64,000 nucleotides of DNA, from the NCBI GenBank assembly GCA_963674745.2, contig CAXXDV010000003.1, positions 1,696,001 through 1,760,000 on the forward strand. The letters are read 5' to 3'. Under the pieces are notes generated by a model. That model had not been told where the DNA came from. It worked only from the letters and a program-made list of their open reading frames with translations, and did not search any database. Shown here in pieces: positions 47,781 to 57,388 of the stretch; position 1 is the stretch's first letter; each line of letters begins with the position of its first letter. The DNA is from Desulfosudaceae bacterium (lineage in GTDB: Bacteria > Desulfobacterota > Desulfobacteria > Desulfobacterales > Desulfosudaceae). Made by a program: the position numbers and the translations under genes.

Positions 47781-49609
47781 TGCTTTATCTCCACGTTTAA
47801 AAGAGGGACCCGTTTTTTAGGCGTCATATGAAACGACACCTGCCGTTGACCGGAATTAAGCGTCACGGTACCCGCTTCCGGCATGGCCCGGGTCAGCGCC
47901 CCGGCATACCAGTAATTACTGTATGCGTTCAACTCGTATAAAGATCCGATATCACTGAAGTCACCAAGGTAAGGCGCGCTTAAATCCAACCAGACAGGGC
48001 CCAGCATCTGCCAGTCGCCCACGTCGGGATCCAGGTACCAGAATTCGACATTGGCGCCCTGGCCGATCAAGCCGTTACTGTAGTATTCCACGAAAACGTC
48101 GTAGGCTCCCGGCTGGACATAATCATTGGAAACATAATACTCTACCGACTCCCCCACCTCATAAGAATCGGCCGAGAAATAACCGTTCGGCGTGGTCTGC
48201 CCCATCCATGGGGCGTAAATTTCCAGGTTGGGCTCCCAGACATAAAGATCAAGATCGGCATCCGTATCCCAGGTGATGTAAAAAGCGAACCCCCCGGGAT
48301 TCAACGTTTCCTGCGATCCGGCCACGATTTTCTCAACCGCCTGTGACCACACGGTGGCCCGGGCCTGGTTGCAGGCCAGCCGGTTATATTCCCGAAGGTC
48401 ATTGTACAACGTATCACTGGAGACCTGACCCAGAGAAGGAACAAACAAAGCCAGACCAAAAGCATCTCTTACCGCTACGCCTATGGTGCGGTTGCTGATC
48501 ACGATATTGGTAACGGCTGTGTTCACGGCCAGGGCCGCATTCCGGACGGTACCGGCCGGCAGCCCGTTGGCAATACGTCCGGAAAAGTCATGAAGATCGA
48601 GGTTGCTTTGATATTCAAACCCCTGGGAATTGGACTGGGCCTGGGCGACAACCCCGGAAACGGTGTCATAGTCGGTGACGATGGCCTGCGCGAAATTCAG
48701 CATGGCCGTATGCAGGTCCGGCAGACGCGACATGTCCACCGCGGACTTGGTAATTTTTTCGTTCCTCGTTCCCGGCCCGCTGTAAAAATCCGCATATTTT
48801 TCAACGATGGTATCCGAAAGATCGGCTCCGGACATGGTCGGACGAGCTTTAAGTTCGGCCAGGATGGTATCGTAGGGGTCTCCGTCGCCGGGCTCCAGTT
48901 CTTCGGAAAACACCAGGTAATCCGCCAGCCCCAGAAACTCATAAGCCACCTCATACATGGCCATGAGGCAGGCATCAAAATTGATAATATCCAGGTGAAC
49001 GCCGGCCGAGCGGACGGCAGCAGCGAGATCGGGGAGGCTCATAAAGGAATTGCTGGTTTCATCCTGAACGGCGCCTTTAAATAAAGCAGATTTTTTCCAT
49101 CCGGCGCCATGGTCCCAGATGACCAGCGCGTAATGTTCGGCCGGGTATTTACCGGCCGCCCATTTAATAAAATTGGTCAGGGCGGTCCGGGAACCCATAT
49201 CAACATTTCCGATCGAACGACCGGCCCCGAAATTCACATTGTCGGGGTCATTGTCCTTCTGGACGATAAACCGCAGGGTTTCGCCCTGGTAGCCGTCCTG
49301 CCCAATTGCACCAAAATCCGTGTAAAAATTACTGAACTCGGCCTGCAAAACAATTTTAACCCTGTCATCAGACCCGGCCGCCTCCATTTCGTTCAGATCG
49401 AACAAACCGGCCGTGGACAGGTTGTTGTCCGCACCCATATACACCATATAGGTCCAGTCGGCCTTGTCTCCGGTTTCCTTTGAATCATCTCCGCTGCCGC
49501 CGCCGCCGCAACTCACAAAGAAAAGGCAAAGCAAAGAGACAAAACACCTCAGGCCTGATCGGCATACCGTTTTTCGGGAAAGCGTCTTATTTTTCATGGT
49601 TTTTCTCAC
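47777..49609 (-). CDS. Clostripain-family (C11) cysteine peptidase lipoprotein with a C-terminal YfaP/DUF2135-like domain
   Basis: WTYMVYMGADNNL, WDHGAGW (His), FDACLM (Cys), TWDTDADLDLYVWEP; FVSC lipobox. Confidence 0.88.
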   Translation of the reverse strand: MRKTMKNKTLSRKTVCRSGLRCFVSLLCLFFVSCGGGGSGDDSKETGDKADWTYMVYMGADNNLSTAGLFDLNEMEAAGSDDRVKIVLQAEFSNFYTDFGAIGQDGYQGETLRFIVQKDNDPDNVNFGAGRSIGNVDMGSRTALTNFIKWAAGKYPAEHYALVIWDHGAGWKKSALFKGAVQDETSNSFMSLPDLAAAVRSAGVHLDIINFDACLMAMYEVAYEFLGLADYLVFSEELEPGDGDPYDTILAELKARPTMSGADLSDTIVEKYADFYSGPGTRNEKITKSAVDMSRLPDLHTAMLNFAQAIVTDYDTVSGVVAQAQSNSQGFEYQSNLDLHDFSGRIANGLPAGTVRNAALAVNTAVTNIVISNRTIGVAVRDAFGLALFVPSLGQVSSDTLYNDLREYNRLACNQARATVWSQAVEKIVAGSQETLNPGGFAFYITWDTDADLDLYVWEPNLEIYAPWMGQTTPNGYFSADSYEVGESVEYYVSNDYVQPGAYDVFVEYYSNGLIGQGANVEFWYLDPDVGDWQMLGPVWLDLSAPYLGDFSDIGSLYELNAYSNYWYAGALTRAMPEAGTVTLNSGQRQVSFHMTPKKRVPLLNVEIKQ

Positions 49610-49960
49610 TGAATATTGAGGATAAAGATAGCGCGAGGGCTAGTCACGTGTTCCGATTTTTACTGAAATATTAAACCGCCTGTAAAACAAATTTAAAAAA
49701 CGTATGTATTATAACATGAAGGGCATCGGGGTTCAATCATAATCCCTTACCGTCCGGCATCTGAATTATTAAAAAATTCTGTTTTAAAAATTTAACCGGC
49801 AATTTCTTCTATATTATAGAAATCTGGCGATAAACCCCGCCGTTCTGTGTTAATATATTGATTAACATATGTGGTGCCGATGCGGCCGCTGTCTGAATCA
49901 TCGAATCAAAAACGAGGGAGAAAAAGCCGCGTCTGAAACAAGGCCTTTTTAGAGGTACCC

Positions 49961-50344
49961 ATGCCGGTCAGAAAAATCATACTGGATTTCGGCAGTAATA
50001 TACTCGAAGCCGAATTATTTGATACCCCCATCGCTGAAAAATTTGCGGCCAACCTGCCTTACGAGGTAAACCTGACCCAATGGGGCGGAGAACTGTACGG
50101 CTCGATCAGCCTGGACCTTGGCCAAGACAATCCGGTTGCGTATATCCCTGCCGGGGGTATTGCCTATACCAACAAGGGGAATTACGTGTGTATATTCTTC
50201 GGCCAGACACCGGCCTGGCCGGTCGAATACATCGGTCAGATCGAAGATGACCAATGGACTTTATTTGTTGAAAACCGGGGTCTGTCGTCTGTGATCATAC
50301 GGGCAACCCATGTATCTGAGATTGACGTAAACGACCGGCCCTGA
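49961..50344 (+). CDS. Cyclophilin-like fold protein
   Basis: AELFDTP.A..F...LP, WGGELY, G.IAY, CIFFGQTP. Confidence 0.75.
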   Translation: MPVRKIILDFGSNILEAELFDTPIAEKFAANLPYEVNLTQWGGELYGSISLDLGQDNPVAYIPAGGIAYTNKGNYVCIFFGQTPAWPVEYIGQIEDDQWTLFVENRGLSSVIIRATHVSEIDVNDRP

Positions 50345-50389
50345 TATATATTAGTCAATCCCTTACCATAACCCCTCAAAATCGGATAT

Positions 50390-53300
50390 GTGACGATGAA
50401 CGCCTTTCAGAATGCATTCATGCCCGGTTTTATGCCCGCCCGATTGTTCCTGCGGCTGTTATTCCTTTTTCTTTTTTTAACGGCCGTCGTTTTGCCATGT
50501 CTGGCTATCGTTCCCCGCCAGCAGCCATCGGTGGGACTCATCGCCAGTGCCAGCGGTGATGCCCAGATCCGCTTTGTCGAAAAAAAAAATTGGGCTCAGG
50601 CGGCTGTTGACCAGGACCTGCTGACCGGTGATGACCTTCGCACCGGCCCGCTGGGTTCAATGGCGCTCCTGTTTTCCGACCGGACCCAGATCCGGGTTCA
50701 TCGCAACTCCACTCTGACCATCAAAGCGGTGGCATCCGAACAAAAGTCACAGGGTAGCGTCTTCCGGCTCAATAAAGGCGGCGCCTGGGCCCGTGCCGCC
50801 CGGGACAATTCTAAAGTGAAAATTGAAACCCCTTCAGCCACGGCCGCCATACGAGGGACAGACTGGTCGCTCGAGGTTGATGACAGCGGACGAACCACCC
50901 TGATCGTTCTTGATGGGACCGTTTTGCTGGAAAATGATTACGGCCGGGTTGCCGTCAACCGGGGAGAGATTGCCGTCGCGGAAATCGGCAAGGCACCCAA
51001 CAAATTGTTTTTGGTGGCGCCGGATGGTCGGGAACTGATGTATTACAATATGAGCCTGTCCCGGGCCATGGGAATGATTGAACTGGCTGATCTTAAAACT
51101 CGCGAGCGCCGGGAAAAGATAGCCGGTTTGACGGCTGACCCGGCCCAGGAACGTTCTCTCGACCAATGGTTAAGCCTGGCCGAAATGGCCTATGACAGCC
51201 ATAACCTGGACATGACCCGCAAGTGCCTCGCGGAAGCCGGTGTTGCAGACAAGGCTGTCCTCAAGGCCAGGGAGGAGTTAATTCGCGGCTTTCTGGCCAT
51301 TGCGGATCTTGATTTTAAAACAGCGCAAAAACTGCTGGCCGAAGCCGAACAGCACCTCGATCATGAAAGGCGCCTAACGGCTATGATCGGCCGTACCGCA
51401 GCCCTGATTTTGAACCGGGAAATGGAAACAGCCCGGTCTCTTCTAAATGTTATGAAAGAAGAATACGATTCAAATCCGCGATTACAGACGTTTCGGATTA
51501 TGCTGACCGCCTTTTCCGGCGACCTGCCGCAGGCCTTGGATATGGCTGAAAAATTCGGCAACCAGTTTCCCGATAAAGCCATCTTCCCTTCTCTGGAAGG
51601 TATCCTGTCAATATTGCTGGCACGAGACAAAGCTGCTGAAAAAGCAGCCCGGCGTGTTCAAAAAATTGATCCGGAAAACACCTTTGCTTTTTTTATCCTG
51701 GGCACCTGCCAAAGAGATTTTCTTCTTGACCATGAAACCGCAATCCAAACCTTTCAACAGGGGATTAAATTCAACCCCTGCGATCCTGACCTCTGGGGTG
51801 AACTGGGCCTGACGTATTATGAAATCAATGAAATGCGACTGGCTGAAAAAGCCCTGCTGAAAGCCATTTCACTTGCGCCCAAAGATATTGTTCTTTTATG
51901 CAACTATGTTTATTTGCTGCAGGAGCAACACCGGATGGACGAAGCCGCAGCCTACATCAAAATGCTGAAAGTGCTCGATCCTTCATGGGAATTTACGTTG
52001 GAGCTTCAAGGAGATCAGAAACTTCAAACAGGCGACATGAAGGCTGCCAGGGAATATTTTCTCAAGGCCACCACCGTCAACCCGGCCATACCGACAGCCG
52101 CACTCGGACTGGCAGTTGCTTATTACCAGGATGGTGAGTGGGACCTGGCCCAACAGGCCCTGGCCGGTGCCGAGCGACTGGACCCCAATGATCCCGATAT
52201 CTCCATGGTCGGCGCGACAATCGCCCTGGACCAGTCGCGGACGGATGAAGCCATTGAATATGCCCGCCAGGCCGTTGAAAAATACCGCCGGGTAAAAGGC
52301 GTGGGTATTTCCGGACTGGCTGCCAACCGCGGCGGTAAAAGCTCCCTGGGCGGGGCGTTTATGGGTATTTCGCTTAACAAGTGGGCTGATTATTATAATG
52401 AGATTTCTTTTGACCCTTATTCAGCAGACAGCCATTTTTACCGGGCCCTGCATGCCGGTGATGATGATTATTCATCCCTTTATCTGGGACTGATGCTGGA
52501 GCCACTGGCGGTTTCCAGTCGTAACCGTTACGTTGATTTTTACTACCGCCCCTTCGTGGATTTTTCCATCGGAGGTTCGGCTTTTCGGCAGAAAGAAGGC
52601 GCTGGGTACACGTTTTCAAGTGACATACAGGGGTTTGACCGGCATCTCCTTCCTTTTTCATATTATTTAAACGTTGAAACGACAAATCATCCCGGAGATG
52701 TTGAAAACGCGGAGACGAAGCCTCTGTCCGGTCTGGCCATGGCCGGCATGAATCTTACCCCTTATGATCGCCTGTTTGTCAGTCTCAGCGGGTCCGATAC
52801 GGATACCGGCCTGCCGGGAACGCAGGACATTCCGGATACGGATGATAAAATGCAGACCAAAAGCATGTCGGGAGAAATTGGATATGCCCATTCTTTCAGC
52901 GCCCGCAACATTTTTATGAGCCAGTTTTCACTTTTGCGTGCGGAAGTGTCCTATTACAACGCAGATCCTTTAGGTACCGGTCTGTCGGCCCTCGATTATT
53001 CCCTGATCAATTCTTTCAGCCTTTTCGGGACACAATTGCTTTATGCAGCCGGACTGACTGATGTAACTGATCCTGAAGATCCGGATAACCCCATGCTGGT
53101 GGTGGACGTCTCTTCACTTGGCCAGGCGAGCCCCATACCCGATACGCTGGACACCCAAACCATGTCCCGGGCGCGACTGGAAAACGATTATATCGGCATT
53201 TCCTGCCGGCACATGTTCACCGTCAAGGATGTTGATTTCAGTTATGGCATGGAAGCGTTCTCCAGACGTTCGAAAAACGAGTTGCAGTCTCTGTCATTTT

Positions 53301-54214
53301 CTCAACGGGATCAGGGGTGGGGAACGGTATCCATCGGAGACGAATCGCTTTTTTTCCCATACGGCGACCCGCTGCCGGTGACAGAAACCAGCCGACAGGA
53401 GGGTATCAACGGAAAGGGGCATATCAACGCCTTATGGCGGATTGCCAAAACCCTCTGGGTCGAAGGCGGGTCATTTGTTTACCGTTACGATGATGACGGG
53501 GATACCCGTTTTACCCGTTTGGGGCCGCGGGCAGGTGTTGCCTGGCAGATTGACGACCGTGACTGGCTGCGGTTTGTGGCCCGAAAAGATTACTCAGTGC
53601 CCGGCCTGTCCGGCCTGGCGCCGGCGGCCACGGTGGGCATGCTTCACGGCATGAATTATGTGGAAGAAGGTGGACGCAGCACCATATATCAAGCGCGATG
53701 GGGCAGGGAATGGTTTGCCCACCTGTTTACGGCTCTGAGGCTGAGTTGTCAGGATATTCACGATATAAACATGGCCCCGGCTGTGAATGACATCGATTAC
53801 GGGCGGATTAATTCGCTGGGTTTGGCCGTCAACATCTGGATCAGGGGCGGCATCGGACTTTTTGTTGACAGCGTGTTCCGGGATACGTCCAACCGCAGCC
53901 GGGGTATTGACGGACGGCCGGACCTGCCACTGATACCGAAGAACGAAGTCAAAACCGGTATAGCCTGGGTTCACCCGTCCCGGATGCGGGCCAGCCTGAC
54001 GGTCAACTACGTCAGGAAACGTCCGGGAGACATTGGGGCCGATGACTTCGATGATTATGTGACAGCCGACCTGGCCCTGTCCTGCCAGCCCCTTGACAAA
54101 CACCTGGAACTGGGGGTCTCGGTCACCAACCTGTTTGATGCGGATTACGACCAGGCCACGGATACGCCAGATCCCGGTCGGGAATTCAGTGTCAACGCGA
54201 AAATATTATTCTAA
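50390..54214 (+). CDS. FecR-domain / TPR / beta-barrel outer-membrane protein (NsrA-like)
   Basis: GD.LRTG, ETPSATAAIRGT, V.DG.V FecR motifs; TPRs; C-terminal barrel with NLFD.DY...GREF and terminal Phe. Confidence 0.85.
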   Translation: MTMNAFQNAFMPGFMPARLFLRLLFLFLFLTAVVLPCLAIVPRQQPSVGLIASASGDAQIRFVEKKNWAQAAVDQDLLTGDDLRTGPLGSMALLFSDRTQIRVHRNSTLTIKAVASEQKSQGSVFRLNKGGAWARAARDNSKVKIETPSATAAIRGTDWSLEVDDSGRTTLIVLDGTVLLENDYGRVAVNRGEIAVAEIGKAPNKLFLVAPDGRELMYYNMSLSRAMGMIELADLKTRERREKIAGLTADPAQERSLDQWLSLAEMAYDSHNLDMTRKCLAEAGVADKAVLKAREELIRGFLAIADLDFKTAQKLLAEAEQHLDHERRLTAMIGRTAALILNREMETARSLLNVMKEEYDSNPRLQTFRIMLTAFSGDLPQALDMAEKFGNQFPDKAIFPSLEGILSILLARDKAAEKAARRVQKIDPENTFAFFILGTCQRDFLLDHETAIQTFQQGIKFNPCDPDLWGELGLTYYEINEMRLAEKALLKAISLAPKDIVLLCNYVYLLQEQHRMDEAAAYIKMLKVLDPSWEFTLELQGDQKLQTGDMKAAREYFLKATTVNPAIPTAALGLAVAYYQDGEWDLAQQALAGAERLDPNDPDISMVGATIALDQSRTDEAIEYARQAVEKYRRVKGVGISGLAANRGGKSSLGGAFMGISLNKWADYYNEISFDPYSADSHFYRALHAGDDDYSSLYLGLMLEPLAVSSRNRYVDFYYRPFVDFSIGGSAFRQKEGAGYTFSSDIQGFDRHLLPFSYYLNVETTNHPGDVENAETKPLSGLAMAGMNLTPYDRLFVSLSGSDTDTGLPGTQDIPDTDDKMQTKSMSGEIGYAHSFSARNIFMSQFSLLRAEVSYYNADPLGTGLSALDYSLINSFSLFGTQLLYAAGLTDVTDPEDPDNPMLVVDVSSLGQASPIPDTLDTQTMSRARLENDYIGISCRHMFTVKDVDFSYGMEAFSRRSKNELQSLSFSQRDQGWGTVSIGDESLFFPYGDPLPVTETSRQEGINGKGHINALWRIAKTLWVEGGSFVYRYDDDGDTRFTRLGPRAGVAWQIDDRDWLRFVARKDYSVPGLSGLAPAATVGMLHGMNYVEEGGRSTIYQARWGREWFAHLFTALRLSCQDIHDINMAPAVNDIDYGRINSLGLAVNIWIRGGIGLFVDSVFRDTSNRSRGIDGRPDLPLIPKNEVKTGIAWVHPSRMRASLTVNYVRKRPGDIGADDFDDYVTADLALSCQPLDKHLELGVSVTNLFDADYDQATDTPDPGREFSVNAKILF

Positions 54215-54233
54215 GCGTCTTCTCCAATTCATT

Positions 54234-54269
54234 GGGGCAAAGGATTCAAGGGATCGAGGGTTCAAGGGG
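54234..54269. repeat. Degenerate 8-bp tandem repeat
   Basis: GGGGCAAA GGATTCAA GGGATCGA GGGTTCAA GGGG. Confidence 0.5.
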
Positions 54270-56329
54270 TGTTATTGGAAGATAAACCAATTTTTAATAT
54301 GATGAAAAAAAGCCTCCGCCCCTGGTTTCTTGCTCTGGCTGTTTTTATTGTACTGGTACTGGCTTCATTGTCCCGGGAATACCAGATGGTCGACGACCGG
54401 CTGTTTGACTGGCTTTCTACAACTGCCGCGCCAATTCCCGAAGACTCGCCAATAATCCTGGTCGGTATCGACGAATCCAGTTTCAGGGAACTGGGCCTTC
54501 AGTGGCCCTGGCCCAGAGAAGTTCACGGGGCATTAGTCGATGCCCTGACCCGGGCCGGCGCATCGGTTATCGCCCTGGATATCCTTTTCGCCGAACCGAG
54601 CGACCCGGAAGCCGATCAGGCCCTGGCCGCCGCCGTCAGAAAAGCCCCCCCCGTAGTACTGGCCGCCGAAGAGGCACTTGAAGAAAACCCTTATGTGTCC
54701 CAGCTCATCCGAATTGACCCCCTGGATTCGCTTCTAAACGCCGGGGCGGTACCAGGGGTGGCTGCCGTTACCCTCAGCCACGACAATATCCTGCGCCGCC
54801 TGCCTCTGCGACCGGACGGTTTTGCGCTGGCCACATTGAATCAATGGCAGGCGGTCAATAAAACGGCTAAGATCAATCCCGCTGTAACCCGAATCAAGTC
54901 AACGCGTTATCTTCAGTTTTTCGGGCCGTCCGGAAGTTATCCGACCGTTTCCTATTACCAGGCCCTGGCACCGGAAGAATTTCTTTCACCCGGACGATTC
55001 AAAGACCGGGTGGTTTTTGTCGGACTGGCCATAAAAACGTCTCCGGAAAACAGAAGCGGACAGGCTGATGCCTATGCCACACCTTCAACCCGATCTTCAG
55101 GAACCATGATGGCCGGTGTTGAAGTCCAGGCCACGATCTTTGACAATCTGCGCCTGGGCCTGTTTATCCGGCCCATGCCCTACGATGTTGTGTTAATCTG
55201 TCTGGCCGTATTTATACTAATGTTAATGCCGGTTTTCCGATCCTGGCAGCCGTGGTCGAGCACGATCAGGCTGCTGGCCCTGGCAGCCGCGATTTCCCTG
55301 GGAACCTTTTTTCTATTGCAATACGGCCGGGTCTGGCTGTCCCCTTCCCTTTTCCTTCTGGCTGTTTTCATGATGTTTATCGGCCGGGGCGCCCTTGCTT
55401 TTATCGAGGAGCAGGCCGGACGGCGTTATATCAAGCAGGCCTTCAGCCGATATCTTTCCCCTGCCCTGGTCGATCAGCTGGCATCCGACCGTTCACAACT
55501 GGTTCTCGGAGGTGAAATGCGGTCGATGACCATTCTGTTCTGTGATGTACGCGGATTTACCACCCTGTCGGAACGATACGCTGATGATCCGCGGGGGCTG
55601 GTACAGGTCATGAACCGCCTTTTCACCGCACTGACGGCCGTCATCATGAAGCATGGCGGAACCGTCGATAAATACATCGGCGACTGCATTATGGCCTTCT
55701 GGAATGCCCCTCTGGAAGACCCGGACCACGGCGCCCATGCCTGTTCCGCAGCGTTGGAAATGATTGACGCCGTTAATCGTTTGAACCGAGAATTTAAGGA
55801 TGGAACTGCTTCACCCGGCAGTCCTGCGCCGCAACTCGATATCGGAATCGGTATCAATACCGGCACCTGCGTGGTAGGCAACATCGGCTCGGAGCAGCGC
55901 TTTGACTATTCCGTTTTGGGAGACCCCGTGAACCTTGCTTCACGGCTTGAGGGTCAGTCTAAAAATTACGGCACCCGGATTGTAATCGGCCCGGAAACCG
56001 CGGCCATGGTGCCTGATTTTGCGCTTCTCGAGCTGGACCTGATTGCGGTCAAAGGCAAAACCAGGGCCATGCGCGTATTTGCCCTGCGGGGAGGTCCGGA
56101 AACAAAAAACACAAACACCTTCATCGACTTGCAGACACGTCACAAACAACTGCTGGGATGCTTTCGCGGCCGGGCGTGGAAAGACGCCCGGGCCGCCCTT
56201 GCGGACTGTCGAAACATGGCGCCGGACCTGACACGGCTTCATGAATGCTATGAACAACGAATCGACTACTTTGAAGCCAACCCGCCCGATGACGGGTGGA
56301 CCGGAATTTATAGAGCTGAAACCAAATAA
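54269..56329 (+). CDS. CHASE2-domain class III adenylate cyclase
   Basis: GIDE.S...WPWPR, DILF.EP, GVEVQA; 3 TMs; FCDVRGFT, DKYIGD, DYSVLGDPVNLASRLEG; start may be ATG 54299. Confidence 0.92.
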   Translation: MLLEDKPIFNMMKKSLRPWFLALAVFIVLVLASLSREYQMVDDRLFDWLSTTAAPIPEDSPIILVGIDESSFRELGLQWPWPREVHGALVDALTRAGASVIALDILFAEPSDPEADQALAAAVRKAPPVVLAAEEALEENPYVSQLIRIDPLDSLLNAGAVPGVAAVTLSHDNILRRLPLRPDGFALATLNQWQAVNKTAKINPAVTRIKSTRYLQFFGPSGSYPTVSYYQALAPEEFLSPGRFKDRVVFVGLAIKTSPENRSGQADAYATPSTRSSGTMMAGVEVQATIFDNLRLGLFIRPMPYDVVLICLAVFILMLMPVFRSWQPWSSTIRLLALAAAISLGTFFLLQYGRVWLSPSLFLLAVFMMFIGRGALAFIEEQAGRRYIKQAFSRYLSPALVDQLASDRSQLVLGGEMRSMTILFCDVRGFTTLSERYADDPRGLVQVMNRLFTALTAVIMKHGGTVDKYIGDCIMAFWNAPLEDPDHGAHACSAALEMIDAVNRLNREFKDGTASPGSPAPQLDIGIGINTGTCVVGNIGSEQRFDYSVLGDPVNLASRLEGQSKNYGTRIVIGPETAAMVPDFALLELDLIAVKGKTRAMRVFALRGGPETKNTNTFIDLQTRHKQLLGCFRGRAWKDARAALADCRNMAPDLTRLHECYEQRIDYFEANPPDDGWTGIYRAETK

Positions 56330-56348
56330 AGCCATAAGTGAGGACAAT

Positions 56349-57179
56349 ATGGACATCTTTGCCGACAAAGTTGTAATCGTAACCGGCGGCGGGTCGGGAA
56401 TGGGCCGGGCCGTGAGCGAGATGCTCGGGGTTATGGGCGCAGAATTGATCATCGCCGATATCAATGAAAAAAGCGCCCGGCAGGTCGCCAGGAATATTCT
56501 CAACAAAGGCGGAAGGGCATCCGCAGTTTATCTGGATACCACGATCGATCAGGATGTTAAGAAACTGATAACCGATACCGCCGAAGCTCACGGTCGCCTG
56601 GATTATATGTTCAACAACGCCGGTATCCTTATCGCCGGTGAAGTACGTGACATGAGCGACGAACAGTGGCAACAGATTCTTGATGTAAACTTCAAAGGTG
56701 TCCTTACGGGCACATTGACGGCTTATCAGATCATGGTAAAACAGGGCTTCGGCCACATTATCAACACGGCTTCCACCGCCGGTCTGGTGTCTACCCCGAC
56801 CATTGCCGCCTACTCCACCACCAAGCACGCCGTGGTCGGCCTTTCCACGGCCCTGCGCCCGGAAGCAGCACGCCTGGGCGTAAAGGTCAGTGTCGTCTGC
56901 CCGGGCTTTGTCGACACCTCGATTTTTGATAAAGGCACTGTTGTAAAAGGGAATATGAACGAACTGCTCGCGACCATGCCCATAAAACCCATCAGCCCGG
57001 AAAAAGCGGCAAAATATATCATAAAAGGTGTAACCGCCAACCGCGGTATTATTGTATTTCCTTTTCATGCCCGTTTAATATGGGCCATCTACCGTTTATG
57101 TCCTGCTTTTTTCGGCCGGGGTTCTGGGAAAATGGTGGATGATTTTCAAAAAATCAGGGATAAATATTTGAACGATTAA
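56349..57179 (+). CDS. SDR-family oxidoreductase
   Basis: TGGGSGMG, NNAG, YSTTK; start at ATG 56349 after GAGG. Confidence 0.92.
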   Translation: MDIFADKVVIVTGGGSGMGRAVSEMLGVMGAELIIADINEKSARQVARNILNKGGRASAVYLDTTIDQDVKKLITDTAEAHGRLDYMFNNAGILIAGEVRDMSDEQWQQILDVNFKGVLTGTLTAYQIMVKQGFGHIINTASTAGLVSTPTIAAYSTTKHAVVGLSTALRPEAARLGVKVSVVCPGFVDTSIFDKGTVVKGNMNELLATMPIKPISPEKAAKYIIKGVTANRGIIVFPFHARLIWAIYRLCPAFFGRGSGKMVDDFQKIRDKYLND

Positions 57180-57388
57180 TAAAGCACGGCAACGATTCAA
57201 AAAAGAAAGGTCGTAATAAAAAAACATTTTGATTTTGATTTGTTTTGATATAATCATTTATATAATCCAATTTAACCCGTTTTTTTTCAGCCGGAAATCC
57301 GGTTTCTGAGAATTGTCTTTTGTGCCGCATACAACCGATCAGAACACGTGACGGTTTTTTCTAATATTTTTTTTCGGAGGCACATGAC

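Noticed and set aside
49946..49960. TTTTTAGAGGTACCC resembling the right end of the MITE
   Set aside because: No matching left end or internal core; explained by the GAGG RBS of the next gene
56121..57068. Long antisense ORFs (here 315 aa; also 39968-40741, 26590-27345, 31766-32443)
   Set aside because: Shadows of well-supported genes on the other strand, with no motifs
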